Source: an uncultured Thiotrichaceae bacterium
Lineage (GTDB): Bacteria > Pseudomonadota > Gammaproteobacteria > SZUA-229
Assembly (NCBI GenBank): GCA_964651445.1
Contig: CAZYYW010000003.1
Coordinates: 1-58,955 of the forward strand
Direction of reading: 5' to 3'
Length of the DNA stretch: 58,955 bases
The translations under genes were made by a program, and so were the position numbers. Of the stretch, positions 45,501 through 54,615 are shown one piece after another. The notes beneath the pieces are model-generated. The model had not been told where the DNA came from, searched no databases, and worked only from the letters and a program-made list of their open reading frames with translations. Every line of letters begins with the position of its first letter. The first letter of the stretch is position 1.

Positions 45501-45818
45501 GCCTTCGCGATCTAAATCCAGCGCACAATTTAACGCGGTCTGTCCGCCCATAGTGGGCAGCAATACATCGGGCTTTTCTTTTTCGATAATGGCGGCAACA
45601 GACTGCCAGGTGATGGGTTCAATATACGTCGCGTCAGCGGTTTCCGGATCGGTCATTATGGTTGCCGGATTGGAGTTCACCAAAATGACACGAATGCCCT
45701 CTTCTCTCAACGCCTTACACGCCTGCGCGCCAGAGTAGTCAAACTCACAGGCTTGGCCAATAACAATCGGCCCGGCACCGATGATTAATACGCTGTTTAT
45801 GTCTTGTCTTTTAGGCAT
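42513..45818 (-). CDS. carB: Carbamoyl-phosphate synthase large subunit
   Basis: [30 protein letters not shown], duplicated ATP-grasp domains and MGS domain. Confidence 0.99.
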   Translation of the reverse strand: MPKRQDINSVLIIGAGPIVIGQACEFDYSGAQACKALREEGIRVILVNSNPATIMTDPETADATYIEPITWQSVAAIIEKEKPDVLLPTMGGQTALNCALDLDREGILEKFGVEMIGASKDAIDMAEDREKFKIAMEEIGLDMPRAAIAHSMEEAFQVQAQVGYPTIVRPSFTMGGSGGGIAYNKEEFEEICHRGLDLSPVNELLVEESILGWKEYEMEVVRDKNDNCIIICSIENLDPMGIHTGDSITVAPAQTLTDKEYQQMRDASIAVLRKIGVETGGSNVQFSVNPADGRMTIIEMNPRVSRSSALASKATGFPIAKIAAKLAIGYTLDELQNEITGGATPASFEPAIDYVVTKIPRFTFEKFPQAENRLTTQMKSVGEVMAIGRTFQESLQKALRGLEIDIDGLSPALDPDMAEDEIESFLNQELSLPGADRLLYLGDAYRRGYSNEKLFNLTKIDPWFLVQIEDLIKEELALDKRAAQGEALNNLSKEDLFALKRKGFSDSRLAGLLKVDEKAMREYRQSLGIRPVYKRVDTCAAEFSTATAYLYSTYEEECEAQPTDREKIVVLGGGPNRIGQGIEFDYCCVHAAFAMRDDGYETIMINCNPETVSTDYDTSDRLYFEPLTLEDVLEVMDIEKPKGVIVQYGGQTPLKLARDLEAAGVPVIGTTPDCIDLAEDRERFQQIVNELGLKQPPNRLARSTEEAVKGAAEIGFPLVVRPSYVLGGRAMEIVYNETDLKYYMKNAVSVSNDAPVLLDRFLDDAVEVDVDAICDGEQVLIGSIMEHIEQAGVHSGDSACSLPPYSLSAEVQDQLRVQTRQLALKLGVVGLMNIQFAIQFSEQPQSEQQEKDKPNFNIYLLEVNPRASRTVPFVSKATGVPLAKIAARCMAGISLKQQGVGAEVVPKTYAVKESVFPFVKFPGVDPLLGPEMKSTGEVMGIGESFGMAFAKAQIGAGVELPTKGRVFISVRERDREQAVFLGKELVAKGFKLVATSGTAGVLSAAGIECKVANKVYEGRPHIVDMIKNGDIALIINTTEGKKAISDSYTIRSSALQHKVSYTTTIAGANATVRALDYLQMNSITKLQDLHKTIKQTQETIA

Positions 45819-45851
45819 AGTAACTATTTTTCCGCAAACAGCAAAAAAGCT

Positions 45852-46348
45852 TTAGTCCGCGAATAACGCAAAAGACGCGAAAAAAGCAAATTAAATATTA
45901 TGTTTATCATCGTAATTCCAGACTATTCTTCGAATACCTAGCCTTGCCACTCCAAAATTTAATAAAAGTCCTACAGTCAATCCTAATGCTTTCAGGTAAT
46001 TCATTACTTGCGCATCATGCTCCTTATTGAAGGCCGACAATGCTTTTAGCTCAATGAGCAACCTATCATCCACAACAATATCAGCGATATAGTGACCAAC
46101 CTCTATGCCTTTATAACTGATAACAAACTGCGGCTGCCGCTGTATAGGAATACCTGCTTGCGTTAGCTCCATACACAATGCGTTCTCATACACTTTTTCC
46201 AAAAAACCGGCACCTAAGCCATGACTAACATTCTGCGCGCATTTCAATACACGTTCACTTAGCCCGCCACCACAAACCATAAAACCTCCCTGTTTTCAAA
46301 AATAAATGTTTCGCTTTTTTCGCGTCTTTAGCGTTATTCGCGGACTAA
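45852..46348. mobile_element. Cassette of the GxxExxY gene bounded by 36-bp inverted repeats, inserted between carA and carB
   Basis: TTAGTCCGCGAATAACGCAAAAGACGCGAAAAAAGC (45852-45887) and its reverse complement at 46313-46348 match at 35/36, with internal 9-nt periodicity. Confidence 0.8.
45891..46280 (-). CDS. GxxExxY protein (PD-(D/E)XK nuclease superfamily)
   Basis: GFLEKVY signature, IADIVVDDRLLIELKA (D...ExK), AQVMNYLKA and GLLLNFG; SD GGAGG. Confidence 0.92.
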   Translation of the reverse strand: MVCGGGLSERVLKCAQNVSHGLGAGFLEKVYENALCMELTQAGIPIQRQPQFVISYKGIEVGHYIADIVVDDRLLIELKALSAFNKEHDAQVMNYLKALGLTVGLLLNFGVARLGIRRIVWNYDDKHNI

Positions 46349-46354
46349 CAGCTT

Positions 46355-47485
46355 TTAAGTCTTTTCCATCAGCGCTATAAAATGATCAAACACCGGTGCT
46401 ATATCGTGCGGCCCGGGACTGGCTTCCGGGTGCCCCTGAAAGCCGAAAGCGGGTTTATCGGTACGCTGTATGCCTTGCAATGAACCATCAAATAGCGAGC
46501 GGTAAGTTGCCTCTAAATTATCCGGAAGACTGTCTTCATCAACCGAAAAACCGTGATTCTGGCTGGTAATCATAACTTTTTTGCTGCTTAAATCTTGCAC
46601 CGGATGATTAGCACCGTGATGGCCAAATTTCATTTTTTGGGTTTTTGCGCCACAGGCCAATGCCAGTAGCTGGTGCCCTAAGCAAATACCAAAGATTGGC
46701 AGCTCGGTTTGTAAAATCTGTCGTATCGCGTCGATGGCATAGTCGCACGGTTCAGGGTCGCCGGGACCGTTGGATAAAAACACACCATCCGGCGACATCG
46801 CCAACACTTCGCTGGCGGGGGTTTTTGCCGGTACCACTGTAACCTTACAACCGCGCGCTACCAACATACGCAAGATATTGCGTTTTACACCGTAGTCGTA
46901 GGCGACGACATGAAATGTTGCCGCTATTGCTTCTGCTGGTTGACTGGTTGCCAGATTCCAGACACTGTCCGTCCAGTGATAGATTTCTGAGGTGGTGACT
47001 TCTTTGGCTAAATCCATGCCTTTTAAACCGGCAAAGGCGCGGGCTTTTTCAGTGGCGGAGGTTGCGACATCAGCCACATCAGTACTGGCTATTATGCAAC
47101 CACTCATAGCGCCCTTATCACGCAGCAAGCGAGTTAAACGCCGGGTATCGATGTCTGCTATAGCCACCGTATTATTATCAACCAGATAGTCCTGCAGGCT
47201 TTTTTCACCGCGCCAGTTACTCATCACCATAGCGCTATCACGAATCACCAAACCGCTGGCATGTATGCCTGCCGCTTCTTCATCCGCTGCGTTAGTGCCA
47301 ACGTTGCCGATATGCGGATAAGTTAAGGTAACGATTTGTTTGCTGTAGGAAGGGTCAGTCAGAATTTCCTGATAACCGGTCATTGCGGTATTAAAAACCA
47401 CTTCGCCGATGGTTTCGCCGTAAACGCCGATGGACTTGCCGTAAAACAAGCTTCCATCTTCAAGCGCTAAAACAGCAGTGGTCAA
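46355..47485 (-). CDS. carA: Carbamoyl-phosphate synthase small subunit
   Basis: [29 protein letters not shown] and [12 protein letters not shown] motifs. Confidence 0.99.
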   Translation of the reverse strand: MTTAVLALEDGSLFYGKSIGVYGETIGEVVFNTAMTGYQEILTDPSYSKQIVTLTYPHIGNVGTNAADEEAAGIHASGLVIRDSAMVMSNWRGEKSLQDYLVDNNTVAIADIDTRRLTRLLRDKGAMSGCIIASTDVADVATSATEKARAFAGLKGMDLAKEVTTSEIYHWTDSVWNLATSQPAEAIAATFHVVAYDYGVKRNILRMLVARGCKVTVVPAKTPASEVLAMSPDGVFLSNGPGDPEPCDYAIDAIRQILQTELPIFGICLGHQLLALACGAKTQKMKFGHHGANHPVQDLSSKKVMITSQNHGFSVDEDSLPDNLEATYRSLFDGSLQGIQRTDKPAFGFQGHPEASPGPHDIAPVFDHFIALMEKT

Positions 47486-47647
47486 TACATTCTCCAGAAG
47501 GCGGGCTAAAAGCGTAATCGGACTAAAAAACCATAACTGATTTTGATAAAAGTCAGATATGAAAAAGGCCGGTTCGAATCATGCCGATGGCAGTCAAATT
47601 CGTCCAGCCCTTTACTCCGGTAGTTTATACCAGAGTGAAAAAAATAA

Positions 47648-47723
47648 TGGCGTCCCCAAGGGGAGTCGAACCCCTGTTGCCGAGATGAAAACCCGGTGTC
47701 CTAGGCCTCTAGACGATGGGGAC
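47648..47723 (-). tRNA. tRNA-Glu (TTC)
   Basis: 76 nt GTCCCCATCGTCTAGAGGCCTAGGACACCGGGTTTTCATCTCGG...GGGGACGCCA. Confidence 0.97.
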
Positions 47724-47768
47724 GCACGACGTTGCAACCTCATCTAGGCCCTGTTACAACGGGCGGGA

Positions 47769-47797
47769 ATTGTACTGGGGATTACCCCTCAGGTCAA
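47769..47797 (-). promoter_or_regulatory. sigma70 promoter of tRNA-Glu
   Basis: TTGACC-N17-TACAAT followed by GC-rich discriminator TCCCGCCC. Confidence 0.8.
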
Positions 47798-47857
47798 TAG
47801 TTTTGACCGAGAATAACGTGTTTTATTAGCAGGGAGCTTTGCACTATACATTCACAT

Positions 47858-47885
47858 AAAAAAGCCCCAATCAAAATTGGGGCTT
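47858..47885 (-). terminator. Intrinsic terminator of the sRNA
   Basis: AAGCCCCAAT-TTTG-ATTGGGGCTT stem-loop running into a T6 tract on the minus strand. Confidence 0.85.
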
Positions 47886-48045
47886 CCAGGTGCTTTCTTG
47901 GTGATAAGCATTGCGCTACGGCCAGTCCATTTGGGTATTACTAATCCATGTAAACTTCGAGCATCCTTTGTCCTTTTCCATGTTTATTTCCAATGACCAC
48001 GCATGTATCCCTACTGTCCTGAACGGTTACGTCCTGTATCCGTGA
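47858..48045 (-). ncRNA. CsrB/RsmY-like CsrA-sequestering sRNA
   Basis: 11 GGA motifs (ACGGA, CAGGA, AGGGA, ATGGA, AAGGA) in about 160 nt, ending in an intrinsic terminator, with a GacA-type box upstream. The 5' end is approximate. Confidence 0.75.
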
Positions 48046-48100
48046 TTTATATAGTAATCCAAGGCACTGTCTATTTATATCAGACAATGGCGTAAACGAA

Positions 48101-48118
48101 TGTAAGGAAAACCCTACA
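48101..48118. promoter_or_regulatory. GacA/UvrY-type upstream activating sequence
   Basis: TGTAAG-GAAAAC-CCTACA, one mismatch from TGTAAG-N6-CTTACA, centred about 65-70 bp upstream of the sRNA 5' end. Confidence 0.65.
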
Positions 48119-48157
48119 GAAGATTATATTAAGTCTAAAGGACACCCGTTATTCGCC

Positions 48158-48173
48158 AACAACCAATAACCTA
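48158..48173 (+). repeat. 16-bp heptad-based direct repeat, left copy (right copy at 48926-48941)
   Basis: AACAACCAATAACCTA is identical at 48158 and 48926. A related AAWAACC array lies at 49691-49718. Confidence 0.75.
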
Positions 48174-48207
48174 AGACATACAACCTCTTTTAAGCTACGC
48201 TAACAAC

Positions 48208-48720
48208 ATGAAACTAAGTACGCTGGAAACAGTCTTTAGCGCCCTCAATAGTGCCGATATCCGCTACCTCGTTGCAGGCGGCATTGCCGTTAACATCCAT
48301 GGTTATCAACGCATGACGGCTGATTTAGACTTGGTCATTCAGCTTGATGCCAACAATATAAAAAATGCAATGAATAGCCTGACTCACCTTGGCTACCTTC
48401 CCCTTATACCCGTAACCGCGGACGATTTTGCCGACCCAGGCACACGAAAAAACTGGATTGAAACAAAAAACATGCAAGTGCTATCGCTGCAATCAACACA
48501 ACACCCTGAAACCACCATCGATATTTTTGTAACCGAACCTTTTGATTTTGATCTTGAATATAAAACTGCAATTTCTGCCGAACTGACACCCGACATCCAT
48601 TTTAATCTTGTCAATATTCCAACATTAATAAAAATGAAACAGCAGGCTGGTCGGGCGAAAGATATGGATGATATAGAGCATTTAACACTCATTTTGGATA
48701 ACCAACAAAATGAGCAGTAA
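48208..48720 (+). CDS. Minimal nucleotidyltransferase (DNA pol beta-like superfamily), putative TA component
   Basis: GGIAVNIHGYQRMTADLDL (GG...DxD) motif and C-terminal K...GRAKDMDDI. Confidence 0.8.
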   Translation: MKLSTLETVFSALNSADIRYLVAGGIAVNIHGYQRMTADLDLVIQLDANNIKNAMNSLTHLGYLPLIPVTADDFADPGTRKNWIETKNMQVLSLQSTQHPETTIDIFVTEPFDFDLEYKTAISAELTPDIHFNLVNIPTLIKMKQQAGRAKDMDDIEHLTLILDNQQNEQ

Positions 48721-48937
48721 AAACAAACAAAGCTGGGAGAACGCCAGTTGGCTAGGAAGTCGCCGCGCAATGATCAGACAATCATTAAAACTAACCGTCC
48801 GCGAACGCATACAGGCACTTGAAGAGCTATGCAAAACCAGCCAGAAACTGTCCACTATCAAAACTTCAAAAAAAGTTCATTCGTCCTTCGCGGCCAATCA
48901 ATCGCCCAATAAAAAACCAAAAACTAACAACCAATAA
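48710..48937 (+). CDS. Small basic partner protein of the nucleotidyltransferase
   Basis: 75 aa overlapping the upstream stop codon; SWLGSRRAMIRQSLKLTVRERIQALEEL helical motif. Confidence 0.6.
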   Translation: MSSKNKQSWENASWLGSRRAMIRQSLKLTVRERIQALEELCKTSQKLSTIKTSKKVHSSFAANQSPNKKPKTNNQ

Positions 48938-49046
48938 CCTATTTCAAAAACCACATCAGCCCGGACAAGCCCGCAGAGCTTCTATTGGATTGCCCGTTAA
49001 CATCATTCCATAGACAATCAAATACATCTGATATATGCTTAATTTC

Positions 49047-49064
49047 GTATTACTGAGGTATTAC
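49047..49064 (+). promoter_or_regulatory. Candidate RHH antitoxin operator
   Basis: GTATTAC direct repeat at 49047 and 49058 (11-bp period) overlapping the SD and abutting the start codon. Confidence 0.45.
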
Positions 49065-49065
49065 C

Positions 49066-49299
49066 ATGAAAACCATTACATTGAAAGCTGACAGTGATTT
49101 TGATTCACTGCTCAACCAGCTTGCGTCACGCCTGCACAAAACACGCAGCAGCGTTATTCGCGATGCTGTACACAATTACCAGCAACATATAGAGCGTGAA
49201 GAACTAAAACAAAAAATTCAGGCTGCCTCACTCAAGACCCGGAATCAGGCGATTGAAGCAGCAATAGATCTTAGCGATGGAAACGGCGATGGCTTATAA
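49066..49299 (+). CDS. Ribbon-helix-helix (CopG-like) antitoxin
   Basis: MKTITLKAD beta-strand, TRSSVIRDAV helix; overlaps the downstream toxin gene. Confidence 0.85.
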   Translation: MKTITLKADSDFDSLLNQLASRLHKTRSSVIRDAVHNYQQHIEREELKQKIQAASLKTRNQAIEAAIDLSDGNGDGL

Positions 49300-49648
49300 A
49301 CGCGGCGCAATTTACCTGGCGAACTTCAACCCGTCAAAAGGAATAGAAGCGGGGAAAATTCGCCCCTGTCTTATTATGCAAAGCGATTTACTCAATGAGG
49401 TTAACCACCCAAGCACAACGGTACTGCCATTAACAACACAATTAATCGATGATGCCGCCCCTTTAAGATACCGCATTAACGCTCGGGATCAGTTAAAAAT
49501 CGATTCCGATTTAATGCTAGATCAAACACGCACGATTGATAACCGACATATAAATAGCGAACAATTAACCTCACTCAGCCAGACTGAAATGGTCGAAATT
49601 GACAGCATGTGCCAGATCGTACTTGGGTTAGACGACCGACTGGTTTAA
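49289..49648 (+). CDS. PemK/MazF-family endoribonuclease toxin
   Basis: KRGAIYLANFNPSKGIEAGKIRPCLIMQ, VLPLTT and DQTRTIDNR motifs. Likely start ATG 49289. Confidence 0.9.
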   Translation: MAYKRGAIYLANFNPSKGIEAGKIRPCLIMQSDLLNEVNHPSTTVLPLTTQLIDDAAPLRYRINARDQLKIDSDLMLDQTRTIDNRHINSEQLTSLSQTEMVEIDSMCQIVLGLDDRLV

Positions 49649-49728
49649 AAAAGAGGTCATTGGTCTTTCGTCTTATAAAAATTTGTAACGAAAAACCAAT
49701 AACAAATAACCAAAAACTACTGACTTCG

Positions 49729-51153
49729 TCAGTAAGCATTTTTATGCACAAGACCACGAAACACCGTCATAACAATAATCTTGATATCCAGCCACAGTGA
49801 CCAGTTTTCAATGTAATACAAATCATGTTCTATACGTGTGTGCAAACAAGTATTGCCGCGCCAGCCATGTACTTGCGCCCAACCCGTTAAGCCGGCTTTC
49901 ACTAGGTGTTTTCGCATGTAGTGCGGTATTTCGTCTTTATATTTTTCAACAAAATGCGGGCGCTCAGGGCGCGGGCCTATCAACGACATTTTCCCTTGTA
50001 ATACATTTATTAATTGAGGCAGCTCATCGAGGCTGGTCTTGCGTAGAAATGAACCAAATTTAGTGGCGCGATTATCAACCTTACTCGACCATATCGGCCC
50101 CGACTCTTTTTCGGCCTCAACCGGCATGGTGCGGAATTTATACATGGTAAATTCAACGCCGTTCCATCCCACTCGTCGTTGCCGATAAAAAACCGGCCCC
50201 GGAGAACTCATTTTCACACCCGCCGCTAGCAATAACATTAATGGGCTGGCCAAAATCAACAAAACAGAAGTAAGAACAAAATCTTCAACATTTTTTATAA
50301 CTTCGTTCATTCCATCAATAGCAGAATACGAAATTTTCACCACAGGCACGCCGGCGATTTCAGTTAGTGAGTGGTGCATTAACTGGTATTCAAAAATATC
50401 AGGCACATAACGAATTTCAGTATCCGAACCCTCAAGCGCAGCAATAACACGGCGAATAGTTTTTTCCTCGCTATGCGGCAACGAAATCCAGACTTGATCT
50501 ACTTTGCCCGTATCGACATAGCGACGAAGTTCAGCAACATCAGTAATCACGCGCTTACTTGCCAACCAGTCAGGCAAACATTCAGTACGCTCACCAAATA
50601 ACGCAGAAATTTCAAGCCCAAACCAGGTAGAGCGGCGTAAACGGTCAGCAACCACAACAGCCTGTTCACCCGTCCCTATAATAACGATATGACGATGATT
50701 AAAGCCATTGGAGCGAAGCCAACGCAGAGCAATGCGCAATAACACCCTTGAGCCAACCAACGCCACCCAGGTTGAAGCAAACCAAATGCCCATCCATGAA
50801 CGAGAAAAATCCTCGCCTGATTTAGTGACAAACGCTAATCCGGTCAAGACAAAGCCAACCATAAGCCATGCCATGGTCACGTGTTTGATTTCAGTCAGCG
50901 TTGAAGAACCTCGCCAAACTCGGTATATATTGAATAAAGGGAATATAACAAGCGTCGTAAAACTCGCCAGAAGAATAACGTTTAGATAATGTTCTGGTAA
51001 CCCATGCACACCCATAGCGGTGAATGTTTCATAAGCATTTGAATAGAAATAAGAAACCAACCCAACAAGCATCACAGCAACTATGTCAACAAGGCGTAAG
51101 CCAAAGTTGAGCATATGTGAATTCCCTTTTAGAAAACCTTTTTTTATCATCAC
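49729..51153 (-). CDS. wcaJ: Undecaprenyl-phosphate glucose phosphotransferase (WcaJ-type initiating enzyme)
   Basis: FTMYKFRTM, RKTSLDELPQLINVLQGKMSLIGPRPERP and DLYYIENWSLWLD motifs. Confidence 0.88.
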   Translation of the reverse strand: MMIKKGFLKGNSHMLNFGLRLVDIVAVMLVGLVSYFYSNAYETFTAMGVHGLPEHYLNVILLASFTTLVIFPLFNIYRVWRGSSTLTEIKHVTMAWLMVGFVLTGLAFVTKSGEDFSRSWMGIWFASTWVALVGSRVLLRIALRWLRSNGFNHRHIVIIGTGEQAVVVADRLRRSTWFGLEISALFGERTECLPDWLASKRVITDVAELRRYVDTGKVDQVWISLPHSEEKTIRRVIAALEGSDTEIRYVPDIFEYQLMHHSLTEIAGVPVVKISYSAIDGMNEVIKNVEDFVLTSVLLILASPLMLLLAAGVKMSSPGPVFYRQRRVGWNGVEFTMYKFRTMPVEAEKESGPIWSSKVDNRATKFGSFLRKTSLDELPQLINVLQGKMSLIGPRPERPHFVEKYKDEIPHYMRKHLVKAGLTGWAQVHGWRGNTCLHTRIEHDLYYIENWSLWLDIKIIVMTVFRGLVHKNAY

Positions 51154-51239
51154 TCAGCGTCAAAAACCATATCAAAAATTAATTTCTCGTAATTCTAGCA
51201 AGAAATAAACTTCTTTATGTGATACTCAACACAATTATT

Positions 51240-52154
51240 TCAATTGGAATTAAAAAACCCTTTATTCATTGCCAGTCTCCTTTTTAGCCATTGCGGTAAA
51301 CGCTTCTCAATTAGACCCAAGCGAAACCCTGTGTAACGAAATAAGGCTCTTAACATACCTTCAGGGATCAGCCAAAATGCATGCTTGAACAAATACTTAA
51401 ACTCAGAGATAACAAACTTAACCCCCTCTCCTTCTGCCCCGCCAAGCTCTTCCCGAATCCACGGTTCTCGTGCATGAAACACCCCCATATCAAAATACCG
51501 TTGCATTTCTTGCCACAACGAATAACCATGGGAGTGATAAACACATGCTTCTGCCGAATAGGCAATTCTGTAACCAGCTTTCAAGAGTTTTGTAGCAACA
51601 TACATGTCTTCACCAAAAATAACATCTTTTGGAAAACCATCAATTTCATTTAAAGTTGAAACACGATACGCGGCAAAAGAATTTGAGATGAAAGCAGTTT
51701 TCAACCCAAATGTTTTCACTTCTTTTAGTGATCGAGTAAAAGATTTTGATGGGTAATTATAAAATCTCGCATGCCTTTCTATGAACCCGGCATTATTCCT
51801 ATGTAGCTGCCGACCACACACTGCCGCAACCTTATCATCTGCAAATGGGAGCAGTATATCCTTAATCGAATCATACTTACACAAGACTGCATCTTGCGTA
51901 AGAAACACAACGAAATCATAACCCTCAAGAGTAGCAACAGCCGAGCGCCTTGTGCCACCGTGATTGAATGTACAGGCATCTATATGCTTTACATTAAAGC
52001 CGGCAGCATTAGCCTGTATAACCGTTTTATCTTCTGAACAGGAATCAATGATATAAATATCACTTGCATTTACCCCAGAAACCAGTAAAGCATTGATCCA
52101 ATGCTCCCACAATGAACCTGCATTTAATGTTGGCACTAATATAGCTGCATTCAT
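51240..52154 (-). CDS. GT2 glycosyltransferase, rhamnosyltransferase (RfbN-like)
   Basis: FNHGGTR, VFLTQDA, FISNSFAAYR, IFGEDM and VYHSH motifs. Likely start ATG 52154. Confidence 0.85.
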   Translation of the reverse strand: MNAAILVPTLNAGSLWEHWINALLVSGVNASDIYIIDSCSEDKTVIQANAAGFNVKHIDACTFNHGGTRRSAVATLEGYDFVVFLTQDAVLCKYDSIKDILLPFADDKVAAVCGRQLHRNNAGFIERHARFYNYPSKSFTRSLKEVKTFGLKTAFISNSFAAYRVSTLNEIDGFPKDVIFGEDMYVATKLLKAGYRIAYSAEACVYHSHGYSLWQEMQRYFDMGVFHAREPWIREELGGAEGEGVKFVISEFKYLFKHAFWLIPEGMLRALFRYTGFRLGLIEKRLPQWLKRRLAMNKGFFNSN

Positions 52155-52255
52155 GTTTTTATGCGAGATAGAATATACCCACAACTATGAGAGTAAGGAT
52201 GCTCACTAACGCAAGCAATAAGAAAACTCATGGATATTCACCAGTCATAAGTTAA

Positions 52256-53320
52256 TTAGTCGAGTCTGAAATAAACATTTGAGCCATTCAAATTGCTACC
52301 CTATCGCATCTGAGATGGGTCGCGCTTTCACCATGATTCCTAGTTGCTTTAATTTTTTGAGCAAAAAAACAGCCTCCCTCATCCACTTTTTAAAGCTAAA
52401 AGCTGCTGCTGCCATGACCAGGTTGATTTGATCGCCAACAAAGCCTTTTAGAAAGTTTCTTTTGAGTCGGTGATCACTTTTTAAGTGACCGATCACCGGC
52501 TCGATTTCGGCTCGCCGTCTAAAGCGTTTTCTGGCCAGTTCCACGGCTTCCTTTGAGGCATTTTTTCTTGCAGGTTTTGGTGTCACTATCTGAGTATCAT
52601 TTACTTTTGATTTTCCTCGGCAACCTCTATCACCAATACCAATCGATGGAACACGACCTGTTAAATGTTCAATTTGTGCCAGAACAGCAGGCGCGGTATG
52701 TCCATCAAAATATTTTTATCAGCCTGTGCACAAATAATAATACCGGAGTCTCGCGTCGTTGTAACCGATGCCTTCGTACCAAACTCAAAACGCTTATGCG
52801 TTTTACCTTTTCTCATGTAATAAACAGGGGACTCATGAAGACTATATAACTTGTTTTTGCCACCTCGTTTTTGTAACAACATGCGTAGGTACAGGGCAAA
52901 CCTCTCACTATAAACATGTAGTTGCTCCAATATCATTTTACACTGTATTTCTCGAAGCAATCGACCACTAATGATTTTTAATCGCTTCACCGCAGCACGT
53001 ACACGCTTGCGATTCTTTGGATGACCTGCAAAACGGGTGCAAAGCTTAAGCCGCTTCACCTCTTTTTCATAGGTGCGTGTCAACACAATATGCTCTGCTC
53101 GTGTCATTTTTAAAAGATGATGGTGTGTTTTTATGTACTGCTTCGCACAGTGGGAAAGATGACGTTTTCTCTTCGGCTTAGGCTTCCTGCGCCACTCTAG
53201 CTCCGGCTTCCATGCACCGTCGTATCAATATACATTTCATCTCCAAGCATCTGTTCTGTGTGCATGGCTATAGAAAGAGACAGAATCTCTTCAAGATTCC
53301 CTCATATTTCTTTCTTTCTT
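52256..53320 (-). mobile_element. Degraded IS5-family element (transposase pseudogene)
   Basis: Frameshifted fragments YIDTTV...ENVIFPT, KLYSLHE...KGKTHKRFEFGTKAS and RRRAEIEPVIGHLKSDHRLKRNFLKG. Probable right end near TTCAGACTCGACTAAT (52256-52270); left end not found. Confidence 0.85.
53173..53212 (-). repeat. ~40-nt GGA-loop mini-element inserted in the IS5 pseudogene
   Basis: TGGAAGCCGGAGCTAGAGTGGCGCAGGAAGCCTAAGCCGA splits the DTTV(Q)/EKN motif and contains a GGC-GCAGGAA-GCC hairpin. Confidence 0.55.
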
Positions 53321-53399
53321 CCATCCAATATGAAGACCAAGTTATTCCATCACTTAGCCTCATACTGTAACAACAGTATCACCCTGATAAAGAGCTACA

Positions 53400-54608
53400 C
53401 TATACCTTCTCCACTCCTAATTTTTGGGCATCACTATTATCATATCGAGCATCAGGTTCACCCTCAGAGCATTCTTTAAGAACTGCCTCTATTGCTTCTA
53501 GATATTTATAACCATGTTTTACATCAGGTTCCAAATAGGTACTCTCAGACCACTCATTCCATGCATTAAAAAATATGTATTGTTCACTTTCAGGTCGTTG
53601 CGCCACCAAATACACTAGCTTTTTAAACCAATAATGAAATGCTTTTGGGCTTGCGCCTTTAAAAATGGTCGCTCTCTTGCCATAACGCGCCGTATTATCC
53701 CAGTCAACAAACGCACCAGGATAAGTTTTCAGACCTGCGTTTTCTCGGAAAGTCAGCACCTCTTGCCAAACAGTATCATAATCATAAAAAGTCACACTGT
53801 TTAAACTTGATGACCACAATGAGTAAAGAAAATTCTGAACAAATTGTGGCAACTTGTCTACAATTTTCTTCAAGCTTGCTTTTGTATTAACCTTCCCCTT
53901 TGGCTGTTCCGCATAGATTGCCTCAAAAGGTTGAAACTGAAATATCGCATCGAAAGACTTTAAACATTTCTTATCTGGGTGTTCATATTGCTTTTGAAAA
54001 ATAAAATAAAGCCCATTAAGCCCCCTATCTCTTGCTTTTTTCTGCCAATAAGCCAGCATTTTATCAATATCATCAATCCTGTGGGGTCTGTAGATAATAA
54101 ACACTGGTTTACCATCTATTTTTATTGCTCTTTCATCCGTCCATGCTCGGATGAGATAATCGAAGTGCTTTGACCAACTATCTTCCGTTGGAGGATGTGT
54201 TTGTTTAATCAATATATGATGGTCACGACCATCCCACCGTTTCGACCAAGTTTCATTTGCCCAAGACAAACAAAAGGGCATGTCGATATCCTTGTTATCC
54301 AGCATAAGATTTGTGGGCGTTTCAAGCAACTGCTTCCCATCAAACCAGTAGTGATAATGACAAAAACCATGTATGCCGTGTTTCTTTGCCAGCTCCACTT
54401 GCCAACGTAAAGTATCTAAACTTGACTGATCGTAGTAATTTTCATTAAGTGGCATCCTTGGTTGATAGTGCCCATCAAAAAGTGGGGCTGATTTTTTAAC
54501 ATTAACCCAGTCAGTAAACCCCTTGCCCCACCAGTGATCATTTTCTGGAATTGCATGGAGTTGTGGAAAATACATCGCAACAACTTTTACAGATGATTTT
54601 ACAGCCAT
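53400..54608 (-). CDS. WbsX-like / GH99-like domain protein of a polysaccharide cluster
   Basis: YFPQLHAIPENDHWWGKGFTDWVNV, FCLSWANETWSKRWDG and FNAWNEWSE motifs. Likely start ATG 54608. Confidence 0.85.
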   Translation of the reverse strand: MAVKSSVKVVAMYFPQLHAIPENDHWWGKGFTDWVNVKKSAPLFDGHYQPRMPLNENYYDQSSLDTLRWQVELAKKHGIHGFCHYHYWFDGKQLLETPTNLMLDNKDIDMPFCLSWANETWSKRWDGRDHHILIKQTHPPTEDSWSKHFDYLIRAWTDERAIKIDGKPVFIIYRPHRIDDIDKMLAYWQKKARDRGLNGLYFIFQKQYEHPDKKCLKSFDAIFQFQPFEAIYAEQPKGKVNTKASLKKIVDKLPQFVQNFLYSLWSSSLNSVTFYDYDTVWQEVLTFRENAGLKTYPGAFVDWDNTARYGKRATIFKGASPKAFHYWFKKLVYLVAQRPESEQYIFFNAWNEWSESTYLEPDVKHGYKYLEAIEAVLKECSEGEPDARYDNSDAQKLGVEKV

Positions 54609-54615
54609 AGTTTCG

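Noticed and set aside
42688-45738. Multiple 80-140 aa plus-strand ORFs within carB, and similar ones within pst, nuo and ftsH
   Set aside because: Antisense or alternate-frame shadows of well-conserved genes with no recognisable motifs.
47537-47580. T-loop-like GGTTCGAATC and an imperfect palindrome upstream of carA (tRNA fragment, attenuator or operator)
   Set aside because: No T-stem or cloverleaf can be formed, and there is no convincing match to a PyrR or ArgR site.
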